Sequence record: SRR31156797_1705
DNA: 59,380 nt
Strand: one strand, 5' to 3'
A program made the position numbers and the translations under genes. Positions 50,700 to 59,108 of the stretch are shown here, one piece after another (the stretch's first letter is position 1; each line of letters begins with the position of its first letter). Under the pieces are notes generated by a model. It was not told the origin of the DNA, ran no database searches, and was given only the letters and a program-made list of their open reading frames with translations.

Positions 50700-51632
50700 T
50701 TACCTGTTGTATTTTTCAAGATAGTATTTAAATACAGCAATAAAATAGTCCAAATCGTCTTTTTCAAGATTTTGATGAACCGGTAGAAAAAAACAGTTTT
50801 CTCCGTAAAAAACACTTGATTGTATGCCATGTGCAAAAAAGAACTGTTTCATGTTTTCCAAATCTACAATTTCAGTTCCTGTTTTGAACATAAACACACC
50901 CGGGATAACTCCATCTTTTGTTTCAAAACGTTGTGGGAATCCAAGTTGATTAAAATGTTCAGCCAGGTAATTGTAATTTCCCAACCGCTTTTTTCGGATG
51001 CTTTGTTCCATTCCTGACCAATGTGAAATTACCTTTTGCAAGTATCTGGTTTCATCCTCGTCAGTATGGGATGCAGTGGTCAAATTACCTTTGGAATAGC
51101 TTAAAATTCCACCAAATTGTACCGGGAATATTTTGGGGAAGCTGTAAATGGCAAACTCACCTATCCTGCCAACTGTATTGGTATTGTTTTGAGAATAAAA
51201 AGAATATGCGCAATCCTCAATAACCGGTATACCGGAGGTTGTGTATTTTTCCATATCCTCAAGCGGATAACCAAACTCGTGAATAAGAAAAATAACCTTT
51301 GTGTTCGGTCCTATTTCATGGTTCCAAACGCAAAATTTTTCTATTTCATCGGTCACACATTTGCTTATATACTTGTTTCCGCTTGTTGTTATTATTGTGA
51401 CAAAATCATTTGGATCCAGATCATAGGATGAAAGTGCAATATAAATTGCCTGTTTTCCATTCCTTGTATACACCCAATCTCTTTCCGGATTGCGCGAATC
51501 CAAATATTTATCAAAAGAACTATCGTTTGGCAGATTTCTGTTCAGGGCAATATCCACATGTGAAAAAGGAGACAGCTTATAATCAGGAAGAAGCTCATGA
51601 TATGGATTCAATGTGAAACCTTCTTTAATCAT
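50700..51632 (-). CDS. short DegT-like PLP-dependent protein
   Basis: IHEFGYP, IEDCAYSF, YSFPKIFP..GG, LPVHQ. Confidence 0.7.
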   Translation of the reverse strand: MIKEGFTLNPYHELLPDYKLSPFSHVDIALNRNLPNDSSFDKYLDSRNPERDWVYTRNGKQAIYIALSSYDLDPNDFVTIITTSGNKYISKCVTDEIEKFCVWNHEIGPNTKVIFLIHEFGYPLEDMEKYTTSGIPVIEDCAYSFYSQNNTNTVGRIGEFAIYSFPKIFPVQFGGILSYSKGNLTTASHTDEDETRYLQKVISHWSGMEQSIRKKRLGNYNYLAEHFNQLGFPQRFETKDGVIPGVFMFKTGTEIVDLENMKQFFFAHGIQSSVFYGENCFFLPVHQNLEKDDLDYFIAVFKYYLEKYNR

Positions 51633-52570
51633 TTTCCAATATCGTATTGATATGTTTCGAATACAACCCCTCGTCCCCCAAACCCTTCTTTCTGAAAAAT
51701 TAAATCCTTGTTTAAGTATTTACCATCATTCTCATTTGAATGCCCGAAATCAAAATATTGTTTATCTGTATATACTTTATTAATAAGTTCATTGAATAAT
51801 AAGTCCAGGGCTCCGATTTTTTTACCGATATTGCTTGCCGAAATATATTGAACCCTGACAACGTTTTTCATAATATAAACCAGACATCCACCAACAATTG
51901 AATTGCGATATTCTGTTACATGTAGTTTTATCTGGTTGGGGAATAAACCTTTTAGAAGTAATATCTCCTTTAAAGAATGCTTTGGATTTATACCGTGCTG
52001 ATCATTCAAATTCTTTTCAAGAATTGGCCAAAATTTCTCAAAATCTTCAGATGTTTTGAACTCAACATTATTGGTAATTGCCTTACGAAGGCCACTCTTA
52101 CGTGACTCAGTGAATGGGATTTTGCTTGTTTGATTAATAACGGAGGAAACATTACACTCGATCTGTCTGGCGCCAAGTCGATATAATGCATAAATATCTT
52201 CCTGTGAAGGGATCAAATGGTAAATATAAGGAGTCGCTTTATAAATCACCTTTCTTACTTTTAGAGAATTGAGAAATTCATTAATCCTGTAAAAGAATTC
52301 CAGTGTATCTGTAGCAGTAACTTTTCGATTGCAAAGCAACCCCCCGTAACTAAGCCCCTGATGACTGTAATAACTAGAACCATCGAGATTACCTGGTAAC
52401 AAAGCTACCAACTTATTTTTCTTAAAAATCATAAATGAACAATCAGAAAATCTGGATGAATGATAATCCATATAATCACGCATGAACAGAAAAGAATCAA
52501 TCTTTGAGTTCAATACCAGATTATCCCAATCACCTTTTAAGTCTGCTGAATATCTTCTGATTGTTATCAT
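51629..52570 (-). CDS. GNAT/FemAB-like acyltransferase
   Basis: FLFMRDYMDYH, SHQGLSYGG, YFDFG, LIFQKEGFGGR. Confidence 0.8.
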   Translation of the reverse strand: MITIRRYSADLKGDWDNLVLNSKIDSFLFMRDYMDYHSSRFSDCSFMIFKKNKLVALLPGNLDGSSYYSHQGLSYGGLLCNRKVTATDTLEFFYRINEFLNSLKVRKVIYKATPYIYHLIPSQEDIYALYRLGARQIECNVSSVINQTSKIPFTESRKSGLRKAITNNVEFKTSEDFEKFWPILEKNLNDQHGINPKHSLKEILLLKGLFPNQIKLHVTEYRNSIVGGCLVYIMKNVVRVQYISASNIGKKIGALDLLFNELINKVYTDKQYFDFGHSNENDGKYLNKDLIFQKEGFGGRGVVFETYQYDIGK

Positions 52571-52980
52571 GGATTATACTGCTTAATAAAATCAGAATAG
52601 TTACGTATATAATCCTGTTCGTCAAATTTTTCGGATGCTAGTGCCAGGCAAACAGCCCCCGAAGAAAAATCCAGCAGCTCTCTCCAAATCCCGGGTACGA
52701 TCAATAAGCCTAAATCGGGCCCGTTCAATCTAACAGTTTTTCTTATTTCTCCATCATCGAGCAAGACTTCAAAACTTCCGCTTGCCGCGATAACCATCTG
52801 GTAAAGTGCCTTATGGGCATGGCCACCCCTGGTTTCCCCACCCGGAATATCGTACAGGTAATACACCCTGCGAATTTCAAAAGGAATATTTTTGTTATCC
52901 TCAACTACAGTGATGTTACCGGCAGGATTATGAATCTTTCCGAGGGAATAAGTCTTACAATCTGAAACCCGATTTTTCAT
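52567..52980 (-). CDS. FdtA/QdtA-family cupin sugar 3,4-ketoisomerase
   Basis: IPFEIRRVYYLYDIPGG..RGGHAH, PGIWRE, DYIR. Confidence 0.9.
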   Translation of the reverse strand: MKNRVSDCKTYSLGKIHNPAGNITVVEDNKNIPFEIRRVYYLYDIPGGETRGGHAHKALYQMVIAASGSFEVLLDDGEIRKTVRLNGPDLGLLIVPGIWRELLDFSSGAVCLALASEKFDEQDYIRNYSDFIKQYNP

Positions 52981-53378
52981 CGCTTTACGAATCGTAGGAA
53001 TTCATCATAATCACGTATGTAATCATCTTCTGAATATTTTGTTGACGAAACGACCAAAACTACTGTATTGGTTGCAAAATTCTCCATATGCCTCCAGAGC
53101 CCGGGGACCAGATACAATCCAAAATAACTCCGGTTCAATGAGATCGTTCTTTTTGATTTTTGGTCATCCACAACTACATCCAAACTACCCGACAATGCGA
53201 TTATTACTTCATGCTGTTTTTTAAAAGCATGTCCACCTCGTATTTGCCCACCAGGTACATCATAAATCCAGTAGCTACGTGCAATTTCAAATGGTATCTG
53301 GCTTTCATTTTCCAAGAAGGAAAGGTTTCCCTGCCTGCTCGAAATTACTGGAAACGTAAGCGTTTTAATTCTTTCCAT
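52977..53378 (-). CDS. FdtA/QdtA-family cupin (variant motif RGGHAF)
   Basis: GNLSFLE, IPFEIAR.YWIYDVPGG..RGGHAF, PGLWR, DYIR. Confidence 0.85.
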   Translation of the reverse strand: MERIKTLTFPVISSRQGNLSFLENESQIPFEIARSYWIYDVPGGQIRGGHAFKKQHEVIIALSGSLDVVVDDQKSKRTISLNRSYFGLYLVPGLWRHMENFATNTVVLVVSSTKYSEDDYIRDYDEFLRFVKR

Positions 53379-53381
53379 TGC

Positions 53382-54374
53382 TTAAAATTCCACCGTCTTT
53401 AATTTCCACTTCTTGTAATGATCGTTGATTTCGGACAATGATTCAATTTCATGATTATTAAGAAAATCCCTGAAAATACCCACATTTTCGGAAGATTTTT
53501 CAGGGATAAGTTGCGTCCTGCTATTGATATGAAGCTTAGGAGGGATGCCCAGAAACTTTTCGATAATTGCTTTTTGTTGATCGTAATTTCTAACAACATC
53601 CTCAAAATCCACAATCAATAAATTTTCTTTTGGAATAGAGTTGTATATGAAAAGTAGGTCATCATAAAGACGTTTTACTGCATCCCTAAACATTTTAAAT
53701 GCCCCTTTTCTGTCCCTTCCGTAAATTATTTCGATGAGGCCACCGGCCCATGTCTGGAAGGGCGCATCATAGGGCTGAAATAAAAATCCTGAACGGATTA
53801 TATCAGCAAACTGATCCCTTGGGTCCCGAATGCTAAAAATCATCTTGTAGGGCTCAAAAACTTTTGTCCAAATGTTTATATTCGTTGAGGGTAATATCGG
53901 TTGGTCAAACAATAGAAAATCTCGTTCATGGGCATAAATGTGCGCTATTTCCACGATCCAATCACAAGCACTTTTAATTTTAATATCCTCTGACAAATCA
54001 GATTGCAATACCACATTAAGCTTTTTAAGTGAAAGTTCATACTTTCGTTTTGATACAGCATCTATAAGAGCCGGAAATCGTTGTAAAAAACCTGATGACA
54101 ATTTATTGGAGATGATGCTGTCGGGGATGGCTTTCCTGAAAATTTTCCATTTGAGGTCATGTTCGCGCAGCGTCTTCTCAATTAAGTTAGGCCAATATTT
54201 TTTTAATTCAGGGTCTAACTGATCAGCGACATTCGCCGGTGCCCTGAAATGATTGAATTCAAAAGGGAAAACACCAACAATATCATATTCGCTCAGCAGG
54301 TCCACCAGGGCATGGGATCCCGTACGGTACAACCCTTTTATAAGGATGTTAGTGTGTGTAGTCTTTTTGGGCAT
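53382..54374 (-). CDS. sulfotransferase-like P-loop protein
   Basis: GLYRTGSHALVDLL, IRDPRDQF, VDFEDV; ATG 54374 preferred because the longer frame only translates the upstream repeats. Confidence 0.7.
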   Translation of the reverse strand: MPKKTTHTNILIKGLYRTGSHALVDLLSEYDIVGVFPFEFNHFRAPANVADQLDPELKKYWPNLIEKTLREHDLKWKIFRKAIPDSIISNKLSSGFLQRFPALIDAVSKRKYELSLKKLNVVLQSDLSEDIKIKSACDWIVEIAHIYAHERDFLLFDQPILPSTNINIWTKVFEPYKMIFSIRDPRDQFADIIRSGFLFQPYDAPFQTWAGGLIEIIYGRDRKGAFKMFRDAVKRLYDDLLFIYNSIPKENLLIVDFEDVVRNYDQQKAIIEKFLGIPPKLHINSRTQLIPEKSSENVGIFRDFLNNHEIESLSEINDHYKKWKLKTVEF

Positions 54375-54395
54375 TGGTTTGGGGTTCTCCTGCTT

Positions 54396-54638
54396 CGGGA
54401 CTGCGTCCTTCATGCTAAAGAACTGGCACCCGGTGTTAGTCAGGGACAGTCTGCCCGCCTGCGGCGAGATAAACTGCGGGACTGCGTGCTGCATGCTAAA
54501 GAATTGGTGCATGGTGTTAATTTGGGACAGTCTGCTTCGTCGCGTTGCTCCTCGCAGAGACGTGCTCCGTAGGAACTATTATTTTTGTTTTCCATGCGAA
54601 GCATGATCATTGCGAGGCACGAAGTGCCGAAGCAATCT
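54396..54638. repeat. compound intergenic repeat cluster (59-bp direct duplication plus REP-like palindromes)
   Basis: units 54396-54454 and 54477-54535; GCCCGCCTGCGGCGAG at 54453-54468; inverted pair 54529-54561 / 54607-54638. Confidence 0.85.
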
Positions 54639-54647
54639 TATGCCAGG

Positions 54648-55940
54648 TTATTGTCCTACATAGGTACGATATACCATCCCGATACCATCTTTCAACGCAA
54701 TCCTTGCTTTCCAATCCAACTTGTTTAACAAACTTACATCCAGTTGTTTCTTTGGAGTTCCATCCGGTTTGGTGGTATCCCACTGGATTTCGCCTTTGAA
54801 ACCAACGATTTCTTTTACCAGTGCTGCCAGTTCTTTGATGGTGAGGTCAACTCCTGTTCCGATATTGATGTGGGTTTGCTGCATCTCGTCGTAGAGTGTT
54901 GGCGCTTCAACGTTTTGCATGAGGTGTATGCAGGCATCGGCCATGTCGTCGACATGGAGGAATTCGCGGTAGACCTGTCCTGTTCCCCAGAGTTTTATTA
55001 CGACAGAACGAGGGGATGATGGAACGAATGAACGATCGAACGAAGGAGCGATGGAACGATTGTTTGAAGAATCGTTGGAGTCCGCATTTGATTTATTGGC
55101 TGATTGGTCAGCGTTAATACCATAGTTGGCAAGCATTTTAATAATTTCTTCTTCAGAAAATTCCCAGGCTATCCCTTTTTCCGCACTCATTCTTTCGTTC
55201 TTTCGTTCATTCTCCCTGTCTTTCGGTCCCTCTTTCTTTCCTTCGTTCTGTCTCTCTGTCGTTCTTTCGTTCTTTCCCTCTTTATCTCTTTCGATCATTT
55301 CCTTAAGAGGCCGTTTAGTCAGATCATCACGAAGTGCATTCCAATCACCCTGCTCCAGACATTTTCCCAGGTGCATTTTGCGGATGAGTGCCGGGAGGAC
55401 GTGGGATTTTTCCAGGTCGTAGTTATCGTTTGGGCCATAAAGGTTTGTGGGCATGACGGAAATGAAATTGCTGCCGTATTGACGGTAATAGCTTTCACAC
55501 ATCTTGATACCGGTAATCTTGGCAATGGCATAGGGCTCATTGGTTTCCTCCAGCGGGCCGGAGAGCAGGTATTCCTCTTTCATAGGCTGCGGTGCCATTT
55601 TAGGATATATGCAGGAACTTCCCAGGAACAACAGTTTTTTCGCTCCATATTTATGAGCCGCATGGATGATGTTGTTCTGGATCATCAGGTTTTCGTAGAT
55701 GAACTGGGCGCGGTAGGTGTTGTTGGCAACAATGCCGCCAACCTTGGCTGCTGCATCGATAACGTATTCGGGGCGTTCTTTTTGGAAAAACTTCTCTACA
55801 TCCTCCTGACGGATTAGATCCAGTTCTTCGAGCGTCCGTCCTAAAAGGTCTGTGTATCCTTTTTTTTCGAGGTTACGCCAGATAGCGGAGCCTACCATCC
55901 CAAGGTGGCCGGCGATGTATATTTTTGCGTGCTTATTCAT
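54648..55940 (-). CDS. fcl: GDP-L-fucose synthase with two repeat-derived in-frame insertions
   Basis: [64 protein letters not shown]. Confidence 0.95.
   Translation of the reverse strand: MNKHAKIYIAGHLGMVGSAIWRNLEKKGYTDLLGRTLEELDLIRQEDVEKFFQKERPEYVIDAAAKVGGIVANNTYRAQFIYENLMIQNNIIHAAHKYGAKKLLFLGSSCIYPKMAPQPMKEEYLLSGPLEETNEPYAIAKITGIKMCESYYRQYGSNFISVMPTNLYGPNDNYDLEKSHVLPALIRKMHLGKCLEQGDWNALRDDLTKRPLKEMIERDKEGKNERTTERQNEGKKEGPKDRENERKNERMSAEKGIAWEFSEEEIIKMLANYGINADQSANKSNADSNDSSNNRSIAPSFDRSFVPSSPRSVVIKLWGTGQVYREFLHVDDMADACIHLMQNVEAPTLYDEMQQTHINIGTGVDLTIKELAALVKEIVGFKGEIQWDTTKPDGTPKKQLDVSLLNKLDWKARIALKDGIGMVYRTYVGQ
55001..55060. repeat. 8-bp tandem array (CGATGGAA-like) inside fcl
   Basis: cgacagaa cgagggga tgatggaa cgaatgaa cgatcgaa cgaaggag cgatggaa. 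Confidence 0.9.
55186..55300. repeat. 8-bp tandem array (TTCTTTCG-like, inverted relative to 55001-55060) inside fcl
   Basis: about 14 degenerate units such as ttctttcg, ttcattct, ttccttcg, ctctgtcg; encodes a K/E/R/N-rich insert. Confidence 0.9.
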
Positions 55941-55956
55941 TAGTATTTGTTAATCC

Positions 55957-56012
55957 CGAATGAACGTTGGAATGATGGAACGATAGAACGAAGGATTGAG
56001 CGAGTGAGTTGA
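55957..56012. repeat. 8-bp tandem array (CGATGGAA-like) downstream of the four-helix-bundle gene
   Basis: cgaatgaa cgttggaa tgatggaa cgatagaa cgaaggat tgagcgag. Confidence 0.88.
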
Positions 56013-56019
56013 AAATGGT

Positions 56020-56403
56020 TTATTTTGTTTTGAAGGTCCATTTTTCAGGCTGGGTTGACATATTTGTGAGCATCGCCAATATGTGTTCGTATTTATCGTA
56101 AAGTGGAGTATATTCTTCTGGGTCTATATATTTACATTCAAGGGCATAGTCAAGCCATACCTGGGTTTCAACAGCTTCTCCCTCTGAATCAGTTAGCTTT
56201 GCAACAAATGATTTTGGGTATCTCCTTTTTCTCCATGCTTCTGCTATATTTCCTGAAACTGACCTTGACGATCGTCTGATCTGATCAGTAAGAGAATATC
56301 GTTCTTCAATGGGGAATTTCTTGGACAATTCAAAAGTTTCCATGCCCGCCTCAAATGACAATTGAAAAACCTTGAGATCTTTGTATTTTCTGATTACATC
56401 CAT
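56020..56403 (-). CDS. four helix bundle protein (23S rRNA IVS protein / bAvd-like family)
   Basis: YKDLKVFQ, FPIEERYSLTDQIRRSSRSV..NIAEAW, EA.ETQVWLDYA..C.YI. Confidence 0.92.
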   Translation of the reverse strand: MDVIRKYKDLKVFQLSFEAGMETFELSKKFPIEERYSLTDQIRRSSRSVSGNIAEAWRKRRYPKSFVAKLTDSEGEAVETQVWLDYALECKYIDPEEYTPLYDKYEHILAMLTNMSTQPEKWTFKTK

Positions 56404-56480
56404 TTTTTCTAAGGATTTGCTACTTTTGAAATTAACTTAATAAATCACACTGTGACTAACTTTTTCATTCTAATCCTGCA

Positions 56481-56536
56481 CTCCATCAAACCATCGTTCT
56501 TTCGTTCCATCGTCCTTTCACTCTATCTTTCTTTGG
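56481..56536. repeat. 8-bp tandem array (TTCCATCG-like, inverted) upstream of the four-helix-bundle gene
   Basis: ctccatca aaccatcg ttctttcg ttccatcg tcctttca ctctatct; overlaps the gmd stop codon. Confidence 0.88.
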
Positions 56537-57557
56537 CTTTCCTAAAATCCGCTTCTACCATGATCCTCACCAACTCCTTAAATGTCACCTTCGGCTGCCA
56601 GCCGAGTTTATCTTTTGCTTTGGCATAATCGCCGATGAGCAGGTCTACCTCCGTGGGGCGAAAGTAACGGGGATTTATACCTACCACTTCTTTGCCGTTG
56701 CTTTTGCGGTAGCCTTTTTCGTCGACGCCGGTGCCTCTCCATTCAATTTCTTCACCAAGCACCTTGAATGATTCTTCTACAAATTCACGTACGGTGTGGG
56801 TTTCATTGGTTGCTAAAACAAAATCCTCCGGCTTTTCAACCTGTAGCATCCGCCACATGCCTTCCACATATTCAGGTGCATAGCCCCAGTCGCGTTTTGA
56901 ATCCATGTTTCCAAGGAGTAGTTTATCCTGTTTTCCTGCCATGATCTTTGCCACAGCTACACTGATCTTACGCGTTACAAATGTTTTGCCTCTTCTTTCG
57001 CTTTCGTGGTTGAAAAGGATGCCGTTGCAGGCAAACAGATCGTATGCCTCCCGGTAATTCACCACAATCCAGTAAGCATAAAGCTTTGCCGCAGCATATG
57101 GACTACGGGGGTAGAATGGTGTGGTTTCTGTTTGCGGCACTTCCTGTACCTTACCATACAATTCGGAGGTGGACGCCTGGTAGAATTTTGTTTTGATGCC
57201 GGTTTCCTTGATGGCATCCAAAAACCTCAGGGTACCAACGCCATCAACTTCAGCAGTATATTCGGGAACTTCAAAAGAAACCTGCACATGGCTTTGCGCC
57301 CCCAGGTTATATATTTCATCAGGATTTACTTTTTCGACCAGCCGGTTAAGGTTGCTGGAATCAGTTAGATCACCATAATGAAGGAAAAACCTTTTGTTCA
57401 AGAGCTCTGGCTTATTGTAAATGTGATCAATCCTGAATGTATTAAAAGAACTTGCTCTTCTAATGATTCCATGAACTTCATAGCCTTTTTCAAGAAGCAA
57501 TTCGGTTAAATAGCTTCCGTCCTGGCCGGTGATTCCTGATATGAGTGCTTTTTTCAT
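56523..57557 (-). CDS. gmd: GDP-mannose 4,6-dehydratase
   Basis: [61 protein letters not shown]. Confidence 0.97.
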   Translation of the reverse strand: MKKALISGITGQDGSYLTELLLEKGYEVHGIIRRASSFNTFRIDHIYNKPELLNKRFFLHYGDLTDSSNLNRLVEKVNPDEIYNLGAQSHVQVSFEVPEYTAEVDGVGTLRFLDAIKETGIKTKFYQASTSELYGKVQEVPQTETTPFYPRSPYAAAKLYAYWIVVNYREAYDLFACNGILFNHESERRGKTFVTRKISVAVAKIMAGKQDKLLLGNMDSKRDWGYAPEYVEGMWRMLQVEKPEDFVLATNETHTVREFVEESFKVLGEEIEWRGTGVDEKGYRKSNGKEVVGINPRYFRPTEVDLLIGDYAKAKDKLGWQPKVTFKELVRIMVEADFRKAKER

Positions 57558-57607
57558 TATTGTCGGGTTGTTATTGTTTTCAGATTAGGTATTTTGGGTT
57601 TGGCGTG

Positions 57608-58087
57608 CTACCCGAATCTGTTTTTGATGTAGGTAAATACACTTTGCCAGACATCTAAAATCAATTTATAATGTTGCCCTAATAGGTTCAGGCCTTCAAT
57701 AACCTCTTCGGTGTTAAACGGATACTCGTGGGTAACAATATTTCTTGTTTCCCTTAGTAGTTGCCAGTCCCTGGCATTTTTAATAATACTTAGCTCTTCA
57801 AGTTTGTTCAACAAATCAATAAAAGGTATTCCTTTGACTTTTTCTCCAAGATTTTCGAGTATTGCGGGAAACAATTTGCCACCCATGCTATCCTGTAACT
57901 TTGAAAACCGAAATATCAACTGGTCAAAGAAGCTTATCTCCTCTGATGCCAAAGCATTATATTTTTCGGTATTCAGTGGAAAATGCTTTTTGATTTTCTT
58001 ATAAGCAAAACTCATCCTTTCGATGTGAGTTGTGCAAAGCAAAACTGCTTCGTTTAATTTATCCGGTTTTTCATTTCCGATATCCAT
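57608..58087 (-). CDS. HEPN-domain protein (putative toxin of an MNT-HEPN pair)
   Basis: DQLIFRFSKLQD.MG and an RxxxxH motif (RNIVTHEY). Confidence 0.8.
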   Translation of the reverse strand: MDIGNEKPDKLNEAVLLCTTHIERMSFAYKKIKKHFPLNTEKYNALASEEISFFDQLIFRFSKLQDSMGGKLFPAILENLGEKVKGIPFIDLLNKLEELSIIKNARDWQLLRETRNIVTHEYPFNTEEVIEGLNLLGQHYKLILDVWQSVFTYIKNRFG

Positions 58088-58106
58088 TACAAAGGTTTTA
58101 GTGGGA

Positions 58107-58409
58107 TTACAACCTGACTTGCTGACTTATAATAGAATGATAAAAATTGATTTTCTTTCTTAAATTATCATTGTCAAACACCACGTCAATTTTCCTGTTG
58201 CCAATTATTGCCTTCAGGTCAGCCAAAAAGCTAACTTTCTTTTCAATTGAAAATAATTGGGCATCGATATTTTTTATCAACAAGTCGATGTCTCCACCTT
58301 TTTTGCGATCATCGGTTCTGGAGCCAAACAGGAAAACTATTGTCCCGGTTCCGAAATGTTTTCGGGCGAGATTTTTAATTGTATCGATTTCAAATTTACT
58401 TAATCGCAT
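58107..58409 (-). CDS. minimal nucleotidyltransferase (MNT) domain protein
   Basis: MRLSKFE, FLFGSRTDD..KGGDIDL, KIDVV. Confidence 0.88.
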   Translation of the reverse strand: MRLSKFEIDTIKNLARKHFGTGTIVFLFGSRTDDRKKGGDIDLLIKNIDAQLFSIEKKVSFLADLKAIIGNRKIDVVFDNDNLRKKINFYHSIISQQVRL

Positions 58410-58417
58410 TGTTAGTT

Positions 58418-58445
58418 GTTCCGCGTTTCGTGTTCGGAGTTTCTA
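58418..58445. repeat. 4 x 7-bp GTTYCGN-like tandem array
   Basis: gttccgc gtttcgt gttcgga gtttcta; overlaps the AbiEii-like stop codon. Confidence 0.7.
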
Positions 58446-59108
58446 TATTTCGGTTTTGATTTTTCTGAGTTCTTCGGTGAAATAGTCAGCTATATGGTTT
58501 TTTGAAAGTATTTCAACCGGTGACAAATGAACGGCTATGTTTTCTTCTTCAATATCAACTGTGTAAATCAGGGTTTCGGAGTAAGTTATTGGTGACAAAC
58601 ACGGAAACAATGATTTGGTTTGATGAATGATATCTTTTAATGGATAGTGGTACTTTGTAAGCATAAAAAGGTCGTAATAGTCGCGGATCGTGTTTATTTG
58701 CGCAATGGCAGCCAACTTCAGGATTGCAATTGTTTTTGCATCGCAAATATTAACCTTCCCATAGTGAAATGCATGATTTTTCACACTAAAGCCGATATCC
58801 ACTGCACTGGTACTAAAGAAGGTTAACTTAACTGTATCAACAATCATATCAACCTGCCAGCCATTGTCCTGTCTGATAATTTTATATCCTGGAAACAGCT
58901 TAGAAATATTTCTTTTAATGGAGTTCAGGTTAATCTGTTCAGCATCAATCACAAAATCCAAATCCTCAGATAGCCTGTGCTCAATCTGCAATGACAACGC
59001 TGTACCCCCAACAAGAACAAAATCTGAAATGAATTTCTGTGCGGCCAGTTTGCTAAAAACCAAGGCCGTTGCGGGCGGCATGGCCTGAAGATTTATTTCC
59101 CTGCTCAT
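58443..59108 (-). CDS. AbiEii/AbiGii-family nucleotidyltransferase (type IV TA toxin-like)
   Basis: FVLVGGTALSLQIEHRLSEDLDF; K..A.......RDYYDL. Confidence 0.88.
   Translation of the reverse strand: MSREINLQAMPPATALVFSKLAAQKFISDFVLVGGTALSLQIEHRLSEDLDFVIDAEQINLNSIKRNISKLFPGYKIIRQDNGWQVDMIVDTVKLTFFSTSAVDIGFSVKNHAFHYGKVNICDAKTIAILKLAAIAQINTIRDYYDLFMLTKYHYPLKDIIHQTKSLFPCLSPITYSETLIYTVDIEEENIAVHLSPVEILSKNHIADYFTEELRKIKTEI

Noticed and set aside
50699-50836. Extended N-terminus of the methyltransferase ORF
   Set aside because: It overlaps the upstream gene by about 137 nt; ATG 50698 directly after the upstream stop fits better.
54375-54512. Extended N-terminus of the sulfotransferase-like ORF
   Set aside because: It is only the translation of the 81-bp-period repeat; protein-like sequence begins near ATG 54374.
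54396-54535. Repeat-spacer-repeat as a mini CRISPR
   Set aside because: Only two degenerate 59-bp units, and the spacer is itself a dispersed repeat.
55104-55817. 237-aa plus-strand ORF and other ORFs antisense to fcl/gmd
   Set aside because: They lie entirely opposite well-conserved genes, and the low-complexity part is just the repeat array read on the other strand.
56020-56403. Diversity-generating retroelement (bAvd-like gene)
   Set aside because: No reverse transcriptase and no template/variable repeat pair with adenine-specific mismatches is visible in the window.
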